Under the pieces are notes generated by a model that saw only the letters and a program-made list of their open reading frames with translations, ran no database searches and was not told the DNA's origin. Position numbers and translations under genes: made by a program. Shown here in pieces: positions 1 through 14,100 of a stretch of 64,000 bases of DNA (within the stretch, counting starts at the first letter, position 1; each line of letters begins with the position of its first letter). Source of the stretch: Azolla caroliniana (taxonomy: Eukaryota > Plantae > Polypodiophyta); contig JBHGNT010000012.1 of NCBI GenBank assembly GCA_043228905.1, positions 4,836,001-4,900,000 on the forward strand. Direction: 5' to 3'.

Positions 1-1357
1 AAGGAAATGCAAACAAGCGTGGAGATGGCCAAAATTGTGATTTCATGAGGTGAGGATGCCCAAAAAGAAATCAAAAGAGAATGCACCTTTTTGAAGACAG
101 TGGGAAATATTGAGGTTATGTTGAAGTAGGGAATAACAATAGATAAGGTGGGACTAATCAATGCCTGTAGAAGAATTCAAAAGGAAAACTTGACCAATGC
201 ATGTGAGAATTATAGGATAGGTAGAAAGGGTAGCCATAAAAAGATGTTGAGAACCTAGGAAGCCTTATCATGGTGGTTTACATATGCCTTATCATGGTGG
301 CAGGGAATGTGGGAAAGGTGAGTGACTATAGAGCGGTGGCCTTGATAATTCTTTCATGGACCTGGATAAAAAAGGTTTTCCTTTCTAAAAGTGTGGCGAC
401 TCAAGGCTGAGTATATTTAGACAAAGATTTTATAGAGCTGAAATAGCAGCCAACAGAGAAAACACACCATAAGTGTGTATATCTGCCTTCGAGATTCTTT
501 ACAGAAATGCGTCAATGCAGGAACATCAAAATACCAGATGCGCGCAAGTATTATTCATAATCCCTAGCAAGCAAAGAAAGAAGTCCAGAGGATCAGGAAT
601 AGCGATATATTATTTAGCTTTTGTAACAATGGGCAATTGCAAGAAGTAGAACTTTATTAAGATGTTTCAATCCAGACAACATTTTCTACAACCTGCTTAC
701 ACAAAAGTGTTGTACATGGGTCAAGGTTAAGATGCTTGTACATGCTGGAGTCCAATGTGGGGTGAGCTCAGTTGACTCCTTGATTGGTTCTCCATCCTGA
801 TACCCGAATTGAGTGGGTTCTCTCTCTAATAATAGGCCCATTTCCCTGGCAACAAACTATACATACCTAGACTTCAGACTAGATATATCCATAATGTTCA
901 GTCAAGAAACTAGATTCTTAGAAAGTGGATATTTCAAGAATGTTCAATCAAGAAACATATATTAATGTGTTTCTGCAACCTGCAATTGAATACTCGTGCC
1001 TCTCCTGAACAGATCATGTTGAAGTTTGCAAATGTTTTCCTGCCAGAGCAGCCGTTGTCTTCCAACAAAGATGGGGGAATATCAACTGTTAGAGAGAGCA
1101 CAAAAGAGGATCTACTTGTTCCTTTGATACAATGATGTGAAATAGACCCATGCAAGAGTAAATGGTGTATAGAAATGCTATGGTAAAATCATGCACTGCA
1201 TTTGTCAGTATCAAAGTTCGAATTCCCAATGTAATGTCACCAGTTCTCTTCAAATTTTAGACTACACTGAATCTTTTCAATTGACATGAATAAAAAGAAG
1301 AAATTCATTCATGAAAGAACGGGATTAGGTGAATGCCAAGCCGAAAACAGGAAGGAG

Positions 1358-1630
1358 CCTATGCATTTTTCATGCCTGGAGTTCGAAACAGAATAATGGA
1401 AAGGCAAGCAAGTTTTACCTGACTTAGCTGAAAAGTTATTTTCCTTTTGCAAACTTCAGGAGAGAGTGGATGGGCAGCAGTTCACGTAGAGAACCTATGC
1501 ATTTTTCATGCCTGGAGTTTGAAACAGAATAATGGAAAGGCAAGCAAGTTTTACCTGGCTTAGCTGAAAAGTTATTTTCCTTTTGCAAACTTCAGGAGAG
1601 AGTGGACTGGCAGGAGTTCATGTAGAGAAC
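1358..1630. repeat. Tandem duplication, ~136-bp unit x2
   Basis: cctatgcatttttcatgcctggagtt...gtagagaac starts at 1358 and again at 1494 with only a few substitutions. Confidence 0.9.
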
Positions 1631-2815
1631 TGGTGTGTCATGTATATAAACAATTATCCAGTTGAACCTAGAAATCCTTGTTTCAGTAAACGCAGTGGTA
1701 ATCATTAAGGGTCAAGATCACCCTGTTCTCCGAGCTGCATGCGAAGGTCTTTACTCACAGAACTGTGAATCAGATATAGCTTCTTGAATTCACCTCGTGT
1801 GTGCTAAATCACCAAATCCTGGTCTGAGGTTACTAGACCCCAGTGCATCTGGACATGATGGTGGTGACATGGAAGAGATGGATCCATTATAGGTTTGGCT
1901 GAATGGTTTTACAGTCATGCTAACCTTAATGGTCATATTTACTCATTCTGCATTGTGTTTCCGTTTCTTCCTCATTATTCTAAGATGATAGAAAAAAGTC
2001 AAAAAAAATTAGTGTTGGAAGAAACATACTCTTGCATGAGTTATCTTACTCAAAATGTCTGTTGGTTTATTAATCTAATTACTGAATGTTAATTTGCAAA
2101 AACTCTCCTTCTCAGAGGAAGAGCATTCTTATGTAAAAGTCCAGTTAAAACTCTTATGTATGGATAATATTATTCTATTTCTGGACTCCAGAGAGGTTTT
2201 CCAGAGAAACTTGGACATATTGCGCACTCTATTTTTCTAGAGATGTCTGTCATTATAACAGCAAGGGCATTATAACACCACACAAGCATTAGGTGCTAGA
2301 TTAAATCATTAATTTCTCCTATCAGAGAAACAGGTGGATGCACAGGATCATATGAACAGGGATAATATTCATAGAAGCACAATTGTCTTAATGAGAGGCT
2401 GTCACAGTCCAACTCTCTGCACTCTATGTGAACCTGGACAGAATATGTACATGTGCAAATTCAAGAATCAGGGACCAAATGTGGTTGGTTTACAGCACAT
2501 CACATTAGCTCTTTTTTGTGTTGTGGATACTGGAGGAAGTAGTATACCAAAAAGCAATCTAAGAGATTTGAGAGACCTCTATAATTTCTGGAATGGTACG
2601 GAGTAAAGCCTTATTGCCTCCTAAGATATATATTGCATTCAGCAAACAGGTAAGAGCTTCTGAGACAAGAATAAGCTTTGCCAGTTCCTTCATCCCCCCT
2701 GTTTTTCCCTCTAATAGATGACTGTTTTCTCTGTAAAGCAGCAGCACATCCACGTTGCATTTAGAAGCATGTAAATATGCTGATATTGTATTTTGTGACA
2801 CATTTTACTCTGCAG

Positions 2816-3097
2816 GGATTACGCCCCAAAGTCCCTGAACACACTCCTGAAAAGCTGTCCTCTCTTATGGAGCAGTGTTGGCAAACCGAATCTTCTGTGC
2901 GTCCTGACTTCTGTGACATTTCTATTACTCTTCAGGAAATTGTGGCAGAGGTACACACCTTTAAGAGAAGAATCCTATGCTTAACATGGTTGTATGATGT
3001 ATCTTATCATTAGTATTTGGTTTTGTAGGTGACTTTTGGTGAAGCTGAGCAAAAACAGAGAGAAAAGAGAACAAAATCTGGTTCCCCAAGAATTTGA
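2816..3097 (+). CDS. 3' end (last two exons) of an STY/Raf-like Ser/Thr/Tyr protein kinase (STY8/17/46-like); upstream exons not identified in the window
   Basis: Exon 2816-2950 (tgcag|...gag|gt) encodes GLRPKVPEHTPEKLSSLMEQCWQTESSVRPDFCDISITLQEIVAE, which is kinase subdomain X-XI. Exon 3029-3097 (tgtag|) encodes VTFGEAEQKQREKRTKSGSPRI*. Confidence 0.8.
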
Positions 3098-4512
3098 CTA
3101 ATTGTTTCTAAGAATTTGTAGAGTTATATAAATCAATCTTCATTGCTGTGATATAATCAGTATAGGATACTTTTCTGAGGCCCCATCATAGTGAAAGTGA
3201 AAACATGTGGTCACAATCTGAAGGTCAGCTCCAGATTGCATCAAGCCACATGCATGTTTCTGGTAACTTTTCTCAATCTAAGGTCAATTGATTTGAGAGC
3301 ATAACGTCAAATTCTTACTTTAGCTTTCAAAATGGTAGCATGAAAATCTTGCTCTAGCTTTCAAAATGAATGGTATCACACAACAATTACATTGAAGTAG
3401 CTGGTATGCTGATTTATTACATTGAACTTCTCATTAAAACAACCCTAACAGTGCCGATGTGCTTTACGAGATGTTGATGACACTCCTGGCATCAATCTGT
3501 TAGACTATCCAAATTCATCATTATTCTATATTAGGGCAGGTGATAAAATCGAAAACGTTTGTGTCTGCATTCAAAATTTGACATGGCAAGCAAAAATAGT
3601 CTCATTTCTACAACAAATTGTTAATGATGCAGCATTGATTTTTAGAGCTTTTATCTTTTTCTTTTGTCCAAGTGCATGTCATGAGGTTTAAATATTGCCT
3701 AAATGCTTTCATGGGTATGGTAAGTTGAGATGTGTCCTAATAAATAACAAATTGGACTCACTATTTTATTTGCTATTAATGCAATGGTAGCATGAGGGTT
3801 TCCCAAAATGTTGAGAGAGATCTTGAATTTTCTCATCATCTTGAGAGAGATCATAATAGAACAAGAGAATTTAAAGGGGTTGTAAAAACATTATTTTTAG
3901 CTCTTGTAAGGCAACATTTATGTGGTGAGGTACATGACCAATGACATATTGCAGTACTGCTTATTGAATGGAACAAAATTGAAAACTAGAACGAAAATTG
4001 AAGGGCCCAAGAAAGTAAGAGTTTAGTAAGCCTACTAGCACGAAAATGATTTGATGTGTGGTCTACTAGTACGTGAGGACTTATGAGCCCATTACCAATA
4101 TGACATGAAAGACCATGTTTGGGCTCACCCTCAAGGGATGTTGGTTCCCCTCTTTCTTTAGTAAAATGATTTTGTCTCTAGTATGATTGTTAATTCTCGT
4201 TTGGTTTTCACTCCACCTCAATGGTTACCAATATGTTTGAGAAACCTTTGTGATGATTGGATCTCTATAGCCATATTTATTCTTCTTGATTGCATTTCCT
4301 GCTGTCCGTCCAAATGAACTTAAGGGGCTTTAATAAAAAGAAACCTCAAATAAATATAAAAGGATTTGAATTAGTTTTCAAGATTTCATGAATGTAAAGA
4401 AGACCCTCACAACTTTGCAAGGTGAATAAATGGAACCCTATTGACCAACAATTATGGCTCAAAACAGAGATAATGGAGATAGTATATGACTATTTTGCAG
4501 ACAAAAAGCTTG

Positions 4513-4706
4513 CAAAACCACATTGTAAAATGTTTTAATCACTGATTATATAGTCCTTTTTCGAAGCTTATGTGTTACACAAAACCACATTGTAAAATGT
4601 TTTAATCACTGATTATATAGTCCTCTTTCGAAGCTTATGTGTTACACAAAACCACATTGTAAAATGTTTTAATCACTGATTATATAGTCCTTTTTCGAAG
4701 CTTATA
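4513..4706. repeat. Tandem repeat, 67-bp unit x~3
   Basis: caaaaccacattgtaaaatgttttaatcactgattatatagtcc... starts at 4513, 4580 and 4647. Confidence 0.9.
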
Positions 4707-6311
4707 TGGTCATCACATTTGAGGATTCCTTGATCACACTCCAAACACCAACATCAACCACCACAAATCCAAACAAGACTTAGCCCCCCTCCAAAGAAAG
4801 TACAACATCCAACGGCCTACAAATTAGGTAAGAATATATGGTGCCCATGTGGCAAGACCATCATGAAGGTAATGAATGCCCATATCTTAACCAACCTCAC
4901 AAATCAAGTGTGGATCAAAGTGCGACACTTAGATTCTCAAGCTTGCTAAAGGAAAATGTGCATAGTCAACAAACTATGATCACTTATGTCCTACCATCAT
5001 TATTGTTTTGAGAGAGGGAGAATGGAATGGAATGGATATTTTGTCATCCATCACGAAACCAATAGAAGAGAATAGAATAGTTATTTCATATCCATGATGA
5101 GGGGTACACATGGAAGATAGTACTCATTGCTTCATTAAATATCTAATTGCTTATCAATTTTGGAGTTACATTTCTCAAATTTGCAAGTTTTACCACGGTG
5201 TTATTTGATGCCAAGACAACGGGTGTTCACACAATTCACACAGGTTGACCCAAAATCAGAGATGGAGATTGTTTTCCTATTTTTGAGGTATTTGGGAATG
5301 CATCATAATTGGGATATGTGCAATGCTTTTGTATTTGATGGTATGCATGGAGTTAAAGCATATATATATATAAAAGTTGAAGGGAGTACTAATGTGGAAA
5401 TTCTTTCCTTAATGGAGTGTTCGCCTTGCCTATTGGCAATTCAACATTTTCCACTACCCATGTAGTTAGTGGGTAACACCCATTGTAAATAGTGTTTTCA
5501 CACATTTATTAATATAATTGTGTGTTTTCACCCAAAATAATGAGAGAAAATAGAAGATTATGTTCTAGTTAAATGAAAAAGATCAATAACAAATGTGAAG
5601 AAAAGGAAAAAAAGTGACCTTATAGTCTTTACATTGCCCTTAGGCCTTTTCACACTTTATAACGTTGAACTTTGATCTCTATAGTTTTCTTATCTCTTTC
5701 TCCATTTAACTTATATGTGTGCAAAGCATGGCTTTACGATTGACCAAGGAATCGATGGATGCTACAAGAATTTCCAGTTATCTTGTACTGAAAGAGGAGA
5801 CCACTTAAGTAATGGGTGATCTCTAGTGGATGCTTTATGCAAAACCAATTCCAAAAGCTATGAGTGTGGGAATAACACATAAATAACAAGGTTCAACTAC
5901 CCAAAGGAGAGGTGTATTGGATAGATTAATTGTATATTGCAATGTGTGGGGTTCAATGAACTGAGAGAAATACATAATTATCTCAATTCCTAGACTCATA
6001 ATTTTGCTTTTCTAGAGTAGAGACGAAAAGCTTAAATTGGGATATGTATTAGACATCATACTATGACCACAAAGGTTGCTTATTCGAAATCTACGTTGTA
6101 CATTTAATGAATTTTGTACATTTTTACACATGCATGTTTTGCCCATGCAATGGTGATTCTTGTACCTAATCAAATAGATGCTAAGGTGCTTATCATTTTG
6201 TCTACATGGGCCAAATTTCGGTCCAAAATTTTCTTGATGAAGTTTAACATATTGCATATGGATTCTAGATACATATATATCTACAAAATGGAGATACATC
6301 TAATGCATATG

Positions 6312-6660
6312 TGTCATGGATAGATCATAAGCTCAAGCGACAAGAAAGAAGATAGACAAATGGATGAGTAGTATTAACGAAAAGACTCCATAACTAGTGT
6401 TGTTCACCTTGAATTCCTTCAAGGTAAACTCCTCTATTTATACTACATGGCATGCATACTTGTTGCACGCATGTGAATCTACAATAGAGCATGTAGGTAT
6501 GCATGCATGTGCCAAGTGTAAATACTACAAGGGAGCAACTATGCATTGATGCTAGGAAAACAATAAGGACCAATTACATACATAATGGTGTACTAGATAT
6601 ATTGGTTAACCCATGATACTAGATTATAATATGGTCGTGTCAAGAGTTCGAATCTTGACA
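6312..6660 (-). repeat. 3' LTR of the chromovirus
   Basis: 349 bp, TG...CA, matches 10759-11109, adjacent to the PPT. Confidence 0.95.
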
Positions 6661-9600
6661 TTATCCCCCCTCCTACGTTGCCTTCCCAAATCGGCCTCCA
6701 TAGGACAAAGTATTGCAAGTGTCGACCGTGCCAACGCGAGTCAAGGATTTGGTCGACCTTGTATTCCTCCACTATCGTCAATTGCACAGGAGGTGGTGGT
6801 GGGGCCTGACGTCCTAGGAGTTGTGAAACATAATGGGGTTTGAGGAAGGAGACATGAAAAACATCATGAATCCGGAAGGCGACGGGATTGATGCACTTGA
6901 TGATACGGAATGGTCCCAACTTCTTGTAATCAAGTTTCGCACATGGACGAGTAGTAGAGATGTGTCGACGTAACAACCAGACAACAACCAGACCATGCCT
7001 CCAACGACAAAGTGTGGAGTGGCAGATCGATGGCAATCAGCCTGCTTCTTGTATCATTCACTAGCAAGACTAAGCTCCAAGGATAAATCATTATGTAGTT
7101 CTTCCAAAATGCGGGCGCAATCCTCTGCCGAAGGGTTCACGAAGTGGTAGGAAGGGAAATGTTGAAGCGAGGATGTAAAGCATAGTTGGCAAAGAAGGGA
7201 GTGACGCTAGTCGATGCATAGACAGAATTATTGTAGGCGAATTTCGCGAGTGAAAGTAAGCTGACTCAATCATCTTGTTGGTAACTAACAGAGCACCGAA
7301 TATACTGCTCAAGGATTTGGTTGACACGCTCCGTTTGCCCGTCAATTTGGGGGTGATAAGCAGATGACAACTGGACAGAGATGTCTAAAGTTTGTAGCAA
7401 GCGCTGCCAAAAGTGAGAGACAAACTGGGGTCCGCGATCGGAGATGACATCATCGGGGAGTCCATGCAAGCGTACCACATTGTTGAGTAGTAGATGCACT
7501 ATTCCTTCTCCAGAAATGGCTTTGGAGCATGGAGTGAAGTGAGCCATCTTCGTAAACCGATCGACAACGACCAACATCGAGTCATAGCTATTGACCAAGG
7601 GTAGATCAGTTATCAGGTCCATAGAGATAGAGGCCCAGGGACAACGAGGACATGGAAGCGGTTGTAGTAAGTCGTATGGCCGATGATGAATGTCTTTGGA
7701 GCGAGCACAAACCTCACAACTCTTTATGTATTCTTTGACCAACTTCCATGGTTGTGGCCACCAATACCCCCGAGAGATTAGCTCAAGGGTTTTCGCGACC
7801 CCGAAATGACCCTCAAGTGGGTCATAGTGGCATTCCCCCAACACCCGAGTGCGACATGGGCGCTTTGGGACGTATAAGAGATGATCTCGGAACAACAAAC
7901 CCTCTTGTATGGTGAAGGTGTCAATTGGTCGCCTTGGAGGGGTTTTGCAGACTATCTCGAATCTCGTTGGCGAACACATCGGTCTTAGATGCATCATTGA
8001 TCTGTTGGAGTAATGAATCATCCCGCAACATACAAGTAGCAAAAAGATGCAATTGGTCGGGTTTCAACAAACGTCTAGATTGTTGAGCATAAGCAGCATC
8101 CCCAGGGCGGAGTGCAAGGTCAGCTTGGCGAGAAAGGGCACCAGCCTTCCCATGTTGGCCACTAGGTCGAAATACGATCTCAAAACTGTAGTCAGCGAGA
8201 AATGTCGACCAACGGGCCTGCCTTCAATTCAACGTACGAGTGGTGGAAAAATAAACTAAATATTTATGAATAGTCACTACCTAGACACGATGTTGTGCGT
8301 CAGCCAAGTAGGGTCGCCATTCTTCAAAGGCAGCAATGATAGCAGCAAGCTCCTTGTTGTATATGGGATAATTGATTTCGGATGCCGTGAATTTTCAGGA
8401 GTAGTAAACCACTAGGTGCATTAGGTTGGTGTCGTCTACCTGGGATAAGATGGCACCAATGGCGAAGTCAGAGGCATCGATTTCGACTTGGAAGGGTTTT
8501 GTGGGGTCGTCATGTGGCAACACCGGGGTAGTGATGAATGCGTGTTTGAGTGAGTCGAACACATTTTGCGCCTTCGAGGTCCATAAAAATGGAGTGCCTT
8601 TACGGGTGAGAGCGATAAGAGGTTGTGATAGGGTGGAAAACCCCTTGATGAAGCGACAGTAAAAATTTGCGAAGCCGAGGAAGGATTGCACATCTTTAAG
8701 TCACCTTGGAGTCGCCCACACCTGAATGACAGAGACCTTCTTCATATCCATGGTGATGCCAGTGGGCGAGATGATGTAGCCCAGAAATTTGATCGAGGTA
8801 CAGTCGAACTCGCATTTCTCGCCTTTGGCATAAAGGCCATGCTCGCCAAGTTTAGCAAGAACTAATCGGACTTGGCGAGTGTGCTCCTCCACGTTTGGCG
8901 AGAAAATGAGAATATCATCGAGGTAAATGACAACAAAATGATCAAGATATTCCTGGAATATATCTTTCATCATATGTTGAAAAACTGTTGGAGCGTTAGT
9001 AAGACCAAAAGGCACTACCTTGTATTCGAAATGCCCATACCGTGTTCGAAATGCGGTTTTCCATTCATCCCCCGGCTTGATGTGTACTAGATTGTATGCT
9101 CCACGCAGATCAACTTTGGAGAAGACCAAACTCAGAGCCGATCAAGGAGTTCTGGGATCAGAGGTAACAGATAGCGGTTGCGCACAGTGAGTTTGTTGAG
9201 ACCTCAGTAGTCGACGCATAAGCGTAGAGACTCGTCCTTCTTCTTCATAAATAAAATGGGGGCCCCAGCTGGTGACTTAGAAGGTTGAATAAATCCTTTC
9301 TCGAGGTTCTCATCGAGATACACACGAAGGGCCTTCAACTCTGGTGCAGACAACGCATGTAGAGGACCAAAGGGTGGACACGCACCTTCTTGAAGATCAA
9401 TCGAACAGTCGTAGAGCCAGTGTTCAGGCAAACGATCAGCATTACATTTTTCAAATACGTCGGAGAAGTGTTGGTATTTGTCGGGAATAACATGGAGTGC
9501 GTTAGAAATGGTGCCACAAACAAACCCATCCTAGACCAATGATGCCCCAGAATCAAGTAAAGCAACAGACTGAATGGAACTAGAGTTAAACGAAAGCCAT

Positions 9601-10758
9601 ACCTCCAATGTGAAATTGCCTGATGGTCCGGCAATGGAACCAAGAGAATGTGGGCGATGGGAAATGTCCAGTTGCATGGCTCCTATTGCAACCGAATGAT
9701 GTCGTTTTTCGGATGTTGGGGTCCGTTAGCTCGATGGAATTGTGGGCAATTACTCCTAGGACAATGGCGAATGACATGACCAGAGGCGCCACAATACATG
9801 CACAAGCCATTAGCCCGCCGAAATTGTTGTTCGGCATCAATCAATGGCCGAAATCGGGCTTGATCAATTTCCATGGGGACAAGAGCATCTGCCAAAGTAG
9901 GGGAGTGTGACGCAGTCTATAGGAGGGATGGTTGGGGTTGTATGACCAGGGCTTGTCGTGGAAGTGAATGAGGTGGAACCCAAGTTCGGCGCTCTTCCTG
10001 GTGAAATTCGAAAAGATGATTGTCACAATGGACTGCTTGTGAAATCGCTTGGGATAACGAGGTGGACTCTGGAAAGTTTAAGAGAAGATTCTTGACATTG
10101 CTTCGAAGGCCGCACCAAAAGTGATCAGCTTGATCATCCCAATTGACGTCGCATGCTAGTTGTCAAAATTCTGAAACATAGACCGAAGTTGCACGCGAAC
10201 CTTGTTCGAGTGCATAAATCTTGTTAAGAGTTGTACGTCGTCGGTCCGTCTCTCCAAATGTGGCCTCTAACTCGGCGAGGAAGACGAGAAAGTCCTCCAA
10301 TAGAGGTGACGAGGTTTCTACCAATGGTGCAAACCAAGCTTGGGCCGGACCAGAGAGAAGGGTGCCCACAAGGCCGACTTGTCGAAGACCATCTCCATAA
10401 TGTTGAGGTTGTAGCCGAATGATAAGTCGAACTTGGTTGATGAACCCTCGAAAACGCGACCTCCTTCCATCAAATTTTTCTGGGAGGCTAACCTTAGGCT
10501 CAAGAAAATGCGACGAAGCTAGGCTAGATGTTGGTAGAAGATCGGGCTCTAGGTTAGGTTGTTGTGGGAGACTAGGCTTCGGGGGTTGTGAGGATAGGGA
10601 GGCACCGACTTGAAGTTCTTGTAAGGAATTTCGAAGAGCTTCATTTTCAAGCTGGAGTTGTCGTAAGGCTACCATTATTTGGCCTAACTCACTAGTTGAG
10701 TCGGACATAGCTATGGCTTATGAGAGGGAGAGCTATGAGGATGGTAAGGTGAACAAAC

Positions 10759-11109
10759 TGTCACGAATAGATCATAAGCTCAAGAGACAAGAAAGAAGAT
10801 AGACAAATGGATGAGTAGTATTTAACGAAAAGACTCCATAACTAGTGTTGTTCACCTTGAATTCCTTCAAGGTAAACTCCTCTATTTATACTACATGGCA
10901 TGCATACTTGTTGCACACATGTGAATCTACAATAGAGCATGTAGGTATGCATGCATGTGCCAAGTGTAAATACTACAAGGGAGCAACTATGCACATGATG
11001 CTAGCAAAACAATAAGGACCAATTACATACATAATTGTGTACTAGATATATTGGTTAACCCATGATACTAGATTATAACATGGTCGTGTCAAGAGTTCGA
11101 ATCTTGACA
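10759..11109 (-). repeat. 5' LTR of the chromovirus
   Basis: 351 bp, TG...CA, TATAAATA on the minus strand at 10890-10883, directly upstream of gag (10708). Confidence 0.95.
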
Positions 11110-14100
11110 ATATGGATCTTGTGTGTGCATGTAATGGGAAAGCATAAGTAACAAATATACTACTTAAATATCTACTTCAAAAAGTAAGATAATTCGAGAT
11201 GGAATTTATGACAAGCCACATGTGCACAATGATAAGAGCTTCCAATATACATCTAATGAAATGTGTTAGAATAATTATTATAGTAATTGTCTCGTTTGAA
11301 ACACAAATCGTACATTGGAATATATGACGAACCAAACTTGCTTGATATCCAAACTCGAGCCACAAATTATGATTTTATATCTTGCAGAAAAGTAGATCAA
11401 GTCAAAAAGCTTTTATAATAAGTATATCCTTGCCACGTCCTCAACTACACCAAGGATATTTTATAAAGAACAAATAGTAAAATTTTCATATGAGAATATA
11501 AACATGCTTGATGTCATAGTCCAAGACACATTCCTTTACCATGCAGCTAAATCATTAGAAAGGCAAAGACAATGAGGTGATCTTCCATAAAGCTTTTGAC
11601 ATTATGCTTGGCTCTCCATTTAAGGGCCATGTTCCTCTATTGCATAGTTTGCTTGATACAAAGATAGGAACAAAGTGGTGGACCTTAATACAGCCTGTGG
11701 CATGATGCGTAGCTCTTTAGTTACAGAAAAGGTTGCAACTTTTTGGGATTGGAAATTTTCGTTTACAATAATGTGTTCTGATGGCATATCTGCAGAATTG
11801 ACAAATATGGCTCCCGAATTTGTGCATTAATTAATTAACAAGGCTATTATTACTATTATCATTCAATATTGGATAGCCTACATTGACTTAAATTCAAATT
11901 CATATAAAATGTTTTTCTTTTGATAATGTAATGTGCGTATAATCATTTCCAATGCTTATTTAATCATTTGAGATTATATTAGGGGTTATAAGATATGTGG
12001 GTGAAAAAAACAATCTTGAAATTGGATGTTGAGTTGAAACGATAGAAGCACCGATAACCTTTTGTACATTCATACAATTGAAATGACAATTGAAACTATG
12101 TCACTACAGCATTACAGGAAGCCCATAAAGAGAATTATTTCTAGCAACATGCCCAACCAGTCAGTCTTTCACACCCCCATAACCCTCATTCCCTTGGGTA
12201 TGTAATTGAGAAGAAGTGGATGAATTGACCACATGTAGTTGCAAGACTAGCACGTAATCCAACCAGTCAACTAATCATATTGGCTATGAGAATGGTATAT
12301 CATGTGTATCACATTGTTGAGAGAGGAGTTCTCTTTGTTACACTACTTGAAGATGAGTTGCAGTACATCAAGACTACTCTTCTTGTACAGTTCTCATGCT
12401 CCTCACCTTTTTTACTGGTGATTCACAATTTTTCTGATATTACTGTTTCAGTAACAATACAAGCATGTAGTTCACTGATTTAAAATTGGATTAATATAGC
12501 AAAATATTGATGAGAGCAGCAAGTTTTGAGGCTAATTGGAGTATTATCTCTTTTTTCTTCTTACTCAACTCTTTCATTCATTTCAGGATGAAAAGCTAAT
12601 CTCTTAATTATTGAGTGATTTCACTACCTCAGCTATCAACTTTTATTCAGCTGAGTACCAAATGCAAAGTTAGGCAGTGTGAAGAAATCGAGGCTTGTAT
12701 GCAAAGAGAAAGAGAAGCATGTATTTTCTTGCTCCTTAGGACCTAAGAGGACCTTAGTCCACTTTCCATGCTATAACAGCTACCCCACAGTGCCTTAGTG
12801 ATCACATATCTTGCGAATAATGGAGACAACCTAGAACATAAGGGCAAAGAATATAGCTCCTATCCATATTCATGTAGAAAGTCCACCGTCCACAGTACTT
12901 ATATCTTCTTCACCAGTTGCAGGCAGCATGTAGGATGCATTCAAAATTAGACTGAACATTGGAAACTATACAAGTACGAAATTAACGAAGCAAGTGCGCA
13001 AAGGAGATATTTATCAATCAATGCCATGTATTGTATCTTTCTTCCTTTTTAAATTCCCTTTTTATACATTTTTTAGGGTCGTCACATGCATGTATAATAT
13101 TGGTATGGATATCCACAGATATGGGTCGGGTTGACATAGGCCTTAAATGTGTGCAATATGAAAGGCTTACATAGAGAAAAACCCCAGATCCTGATATTCG
13201 ACACTACGTCTACTCAAGAACTCAATGAAAAATTAATGGGCGAGATAACAAGGAAAGCCGCCATAATTTCCCACATGTCAGTTCTCCTGGTCTTCAGCAC
13301 ATATAGGTAAAGATTATGAGCCCCAATTCTCTAATTGTGATTGGGTGAATGATTGGTCAACACTGAACAAGTAGATCAATTATACCCTTGAGGTCTTCAA
13401 AAAGGGATAGAATTATCAATTTAAAGGACCTATTTATCCTGTTGCCTACATGCTACATTCAGAGAGAAAGACAGATAGATGCTCATAGAATTTATCGCAC
13501 AACTTTGTCTGGATGCACTCTATTATGGAAGGCACATATCATGATGGTCCAGGTTCTGCTCAGAGAAGGATCCCTACAGCCTTCTGCATTAGTCAGAAAT
13601 TTCATCGAAGACCAGAGAAATAGCTTGTTCAATGGACGACACGAAGGGAAGAAGCTGAGGCCTCACATAAAACATTCCGGTCCACATAGGAATGGGGACA
13701 CAACCTCACATTGTAAACACCAAGGTTCCAAATCACATAATCCATCCAATAAACAACATACCATAAACAAATGTTCCATAGAAAATAGCTATCTGCTAAC
13801 TATGCCCTGACTGGATGCCTATGAACTGGATGGAAGCTTGGATGTATTCCATACTACGTCCAGATGCAGCTAGCATATTCTTTATTGTGTGCATTTAATT
13901 GCTCATGCAGTATCTCCAACACAGAGATAGAATATCCACTAGAAATGTGAAATGAAGAGATTGACGTAGTGCTCAAATGAGGGTGGCTAGCTTTTTATAT
14001 ATATCCATGTGATCGAAATATACCATTCTTATTATATAAACCCAATTCTATCCTTTTTTATTCTGTCATTAGGTTTTCATTTCAAGAAGAACTTTACCAC

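Larger units (their letters stand above)
6312..11109 (-). mobile_element. Full-length but degenerate Ty3/Gypsy chromovirus (Tcn1-like)
   Basis: TG...CA LTRs at 10759-11109 (5') and 6312-6660 (3'), differing by ~8 substitutions and 2 indels by eye. TSD ATATG at 6307-6311 and 11110-11114. PPT (revcomp of ttatcccccctcct) at 6661-6674. Gag (PEKFDG; CMYCGASGHVIRHC knuckle), protease site ALLDSGAS at ~9540-9563 with most of the protease deleted, RT (YLDD, 8701-9129), RNase H (DASDFAIGAIL), integrase (7266-8042) and chromodomain (EEYKVDQILDSRW...QYFVLW). Many stops and frameshifts. Confidence 0.95.

Noticed and set aside
1-420. Possible decayed LINE ORF2 fragment on the minus strand
   Set aside because: Only faint resemblance with many stops; no TSD or poly(A) tail to anchor it.
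4513-4706. CRISPR-like regular repeats
   Set aside because: Units are contiguous with no unique spacers, there are no cas genes, and the context is eukaryotic.
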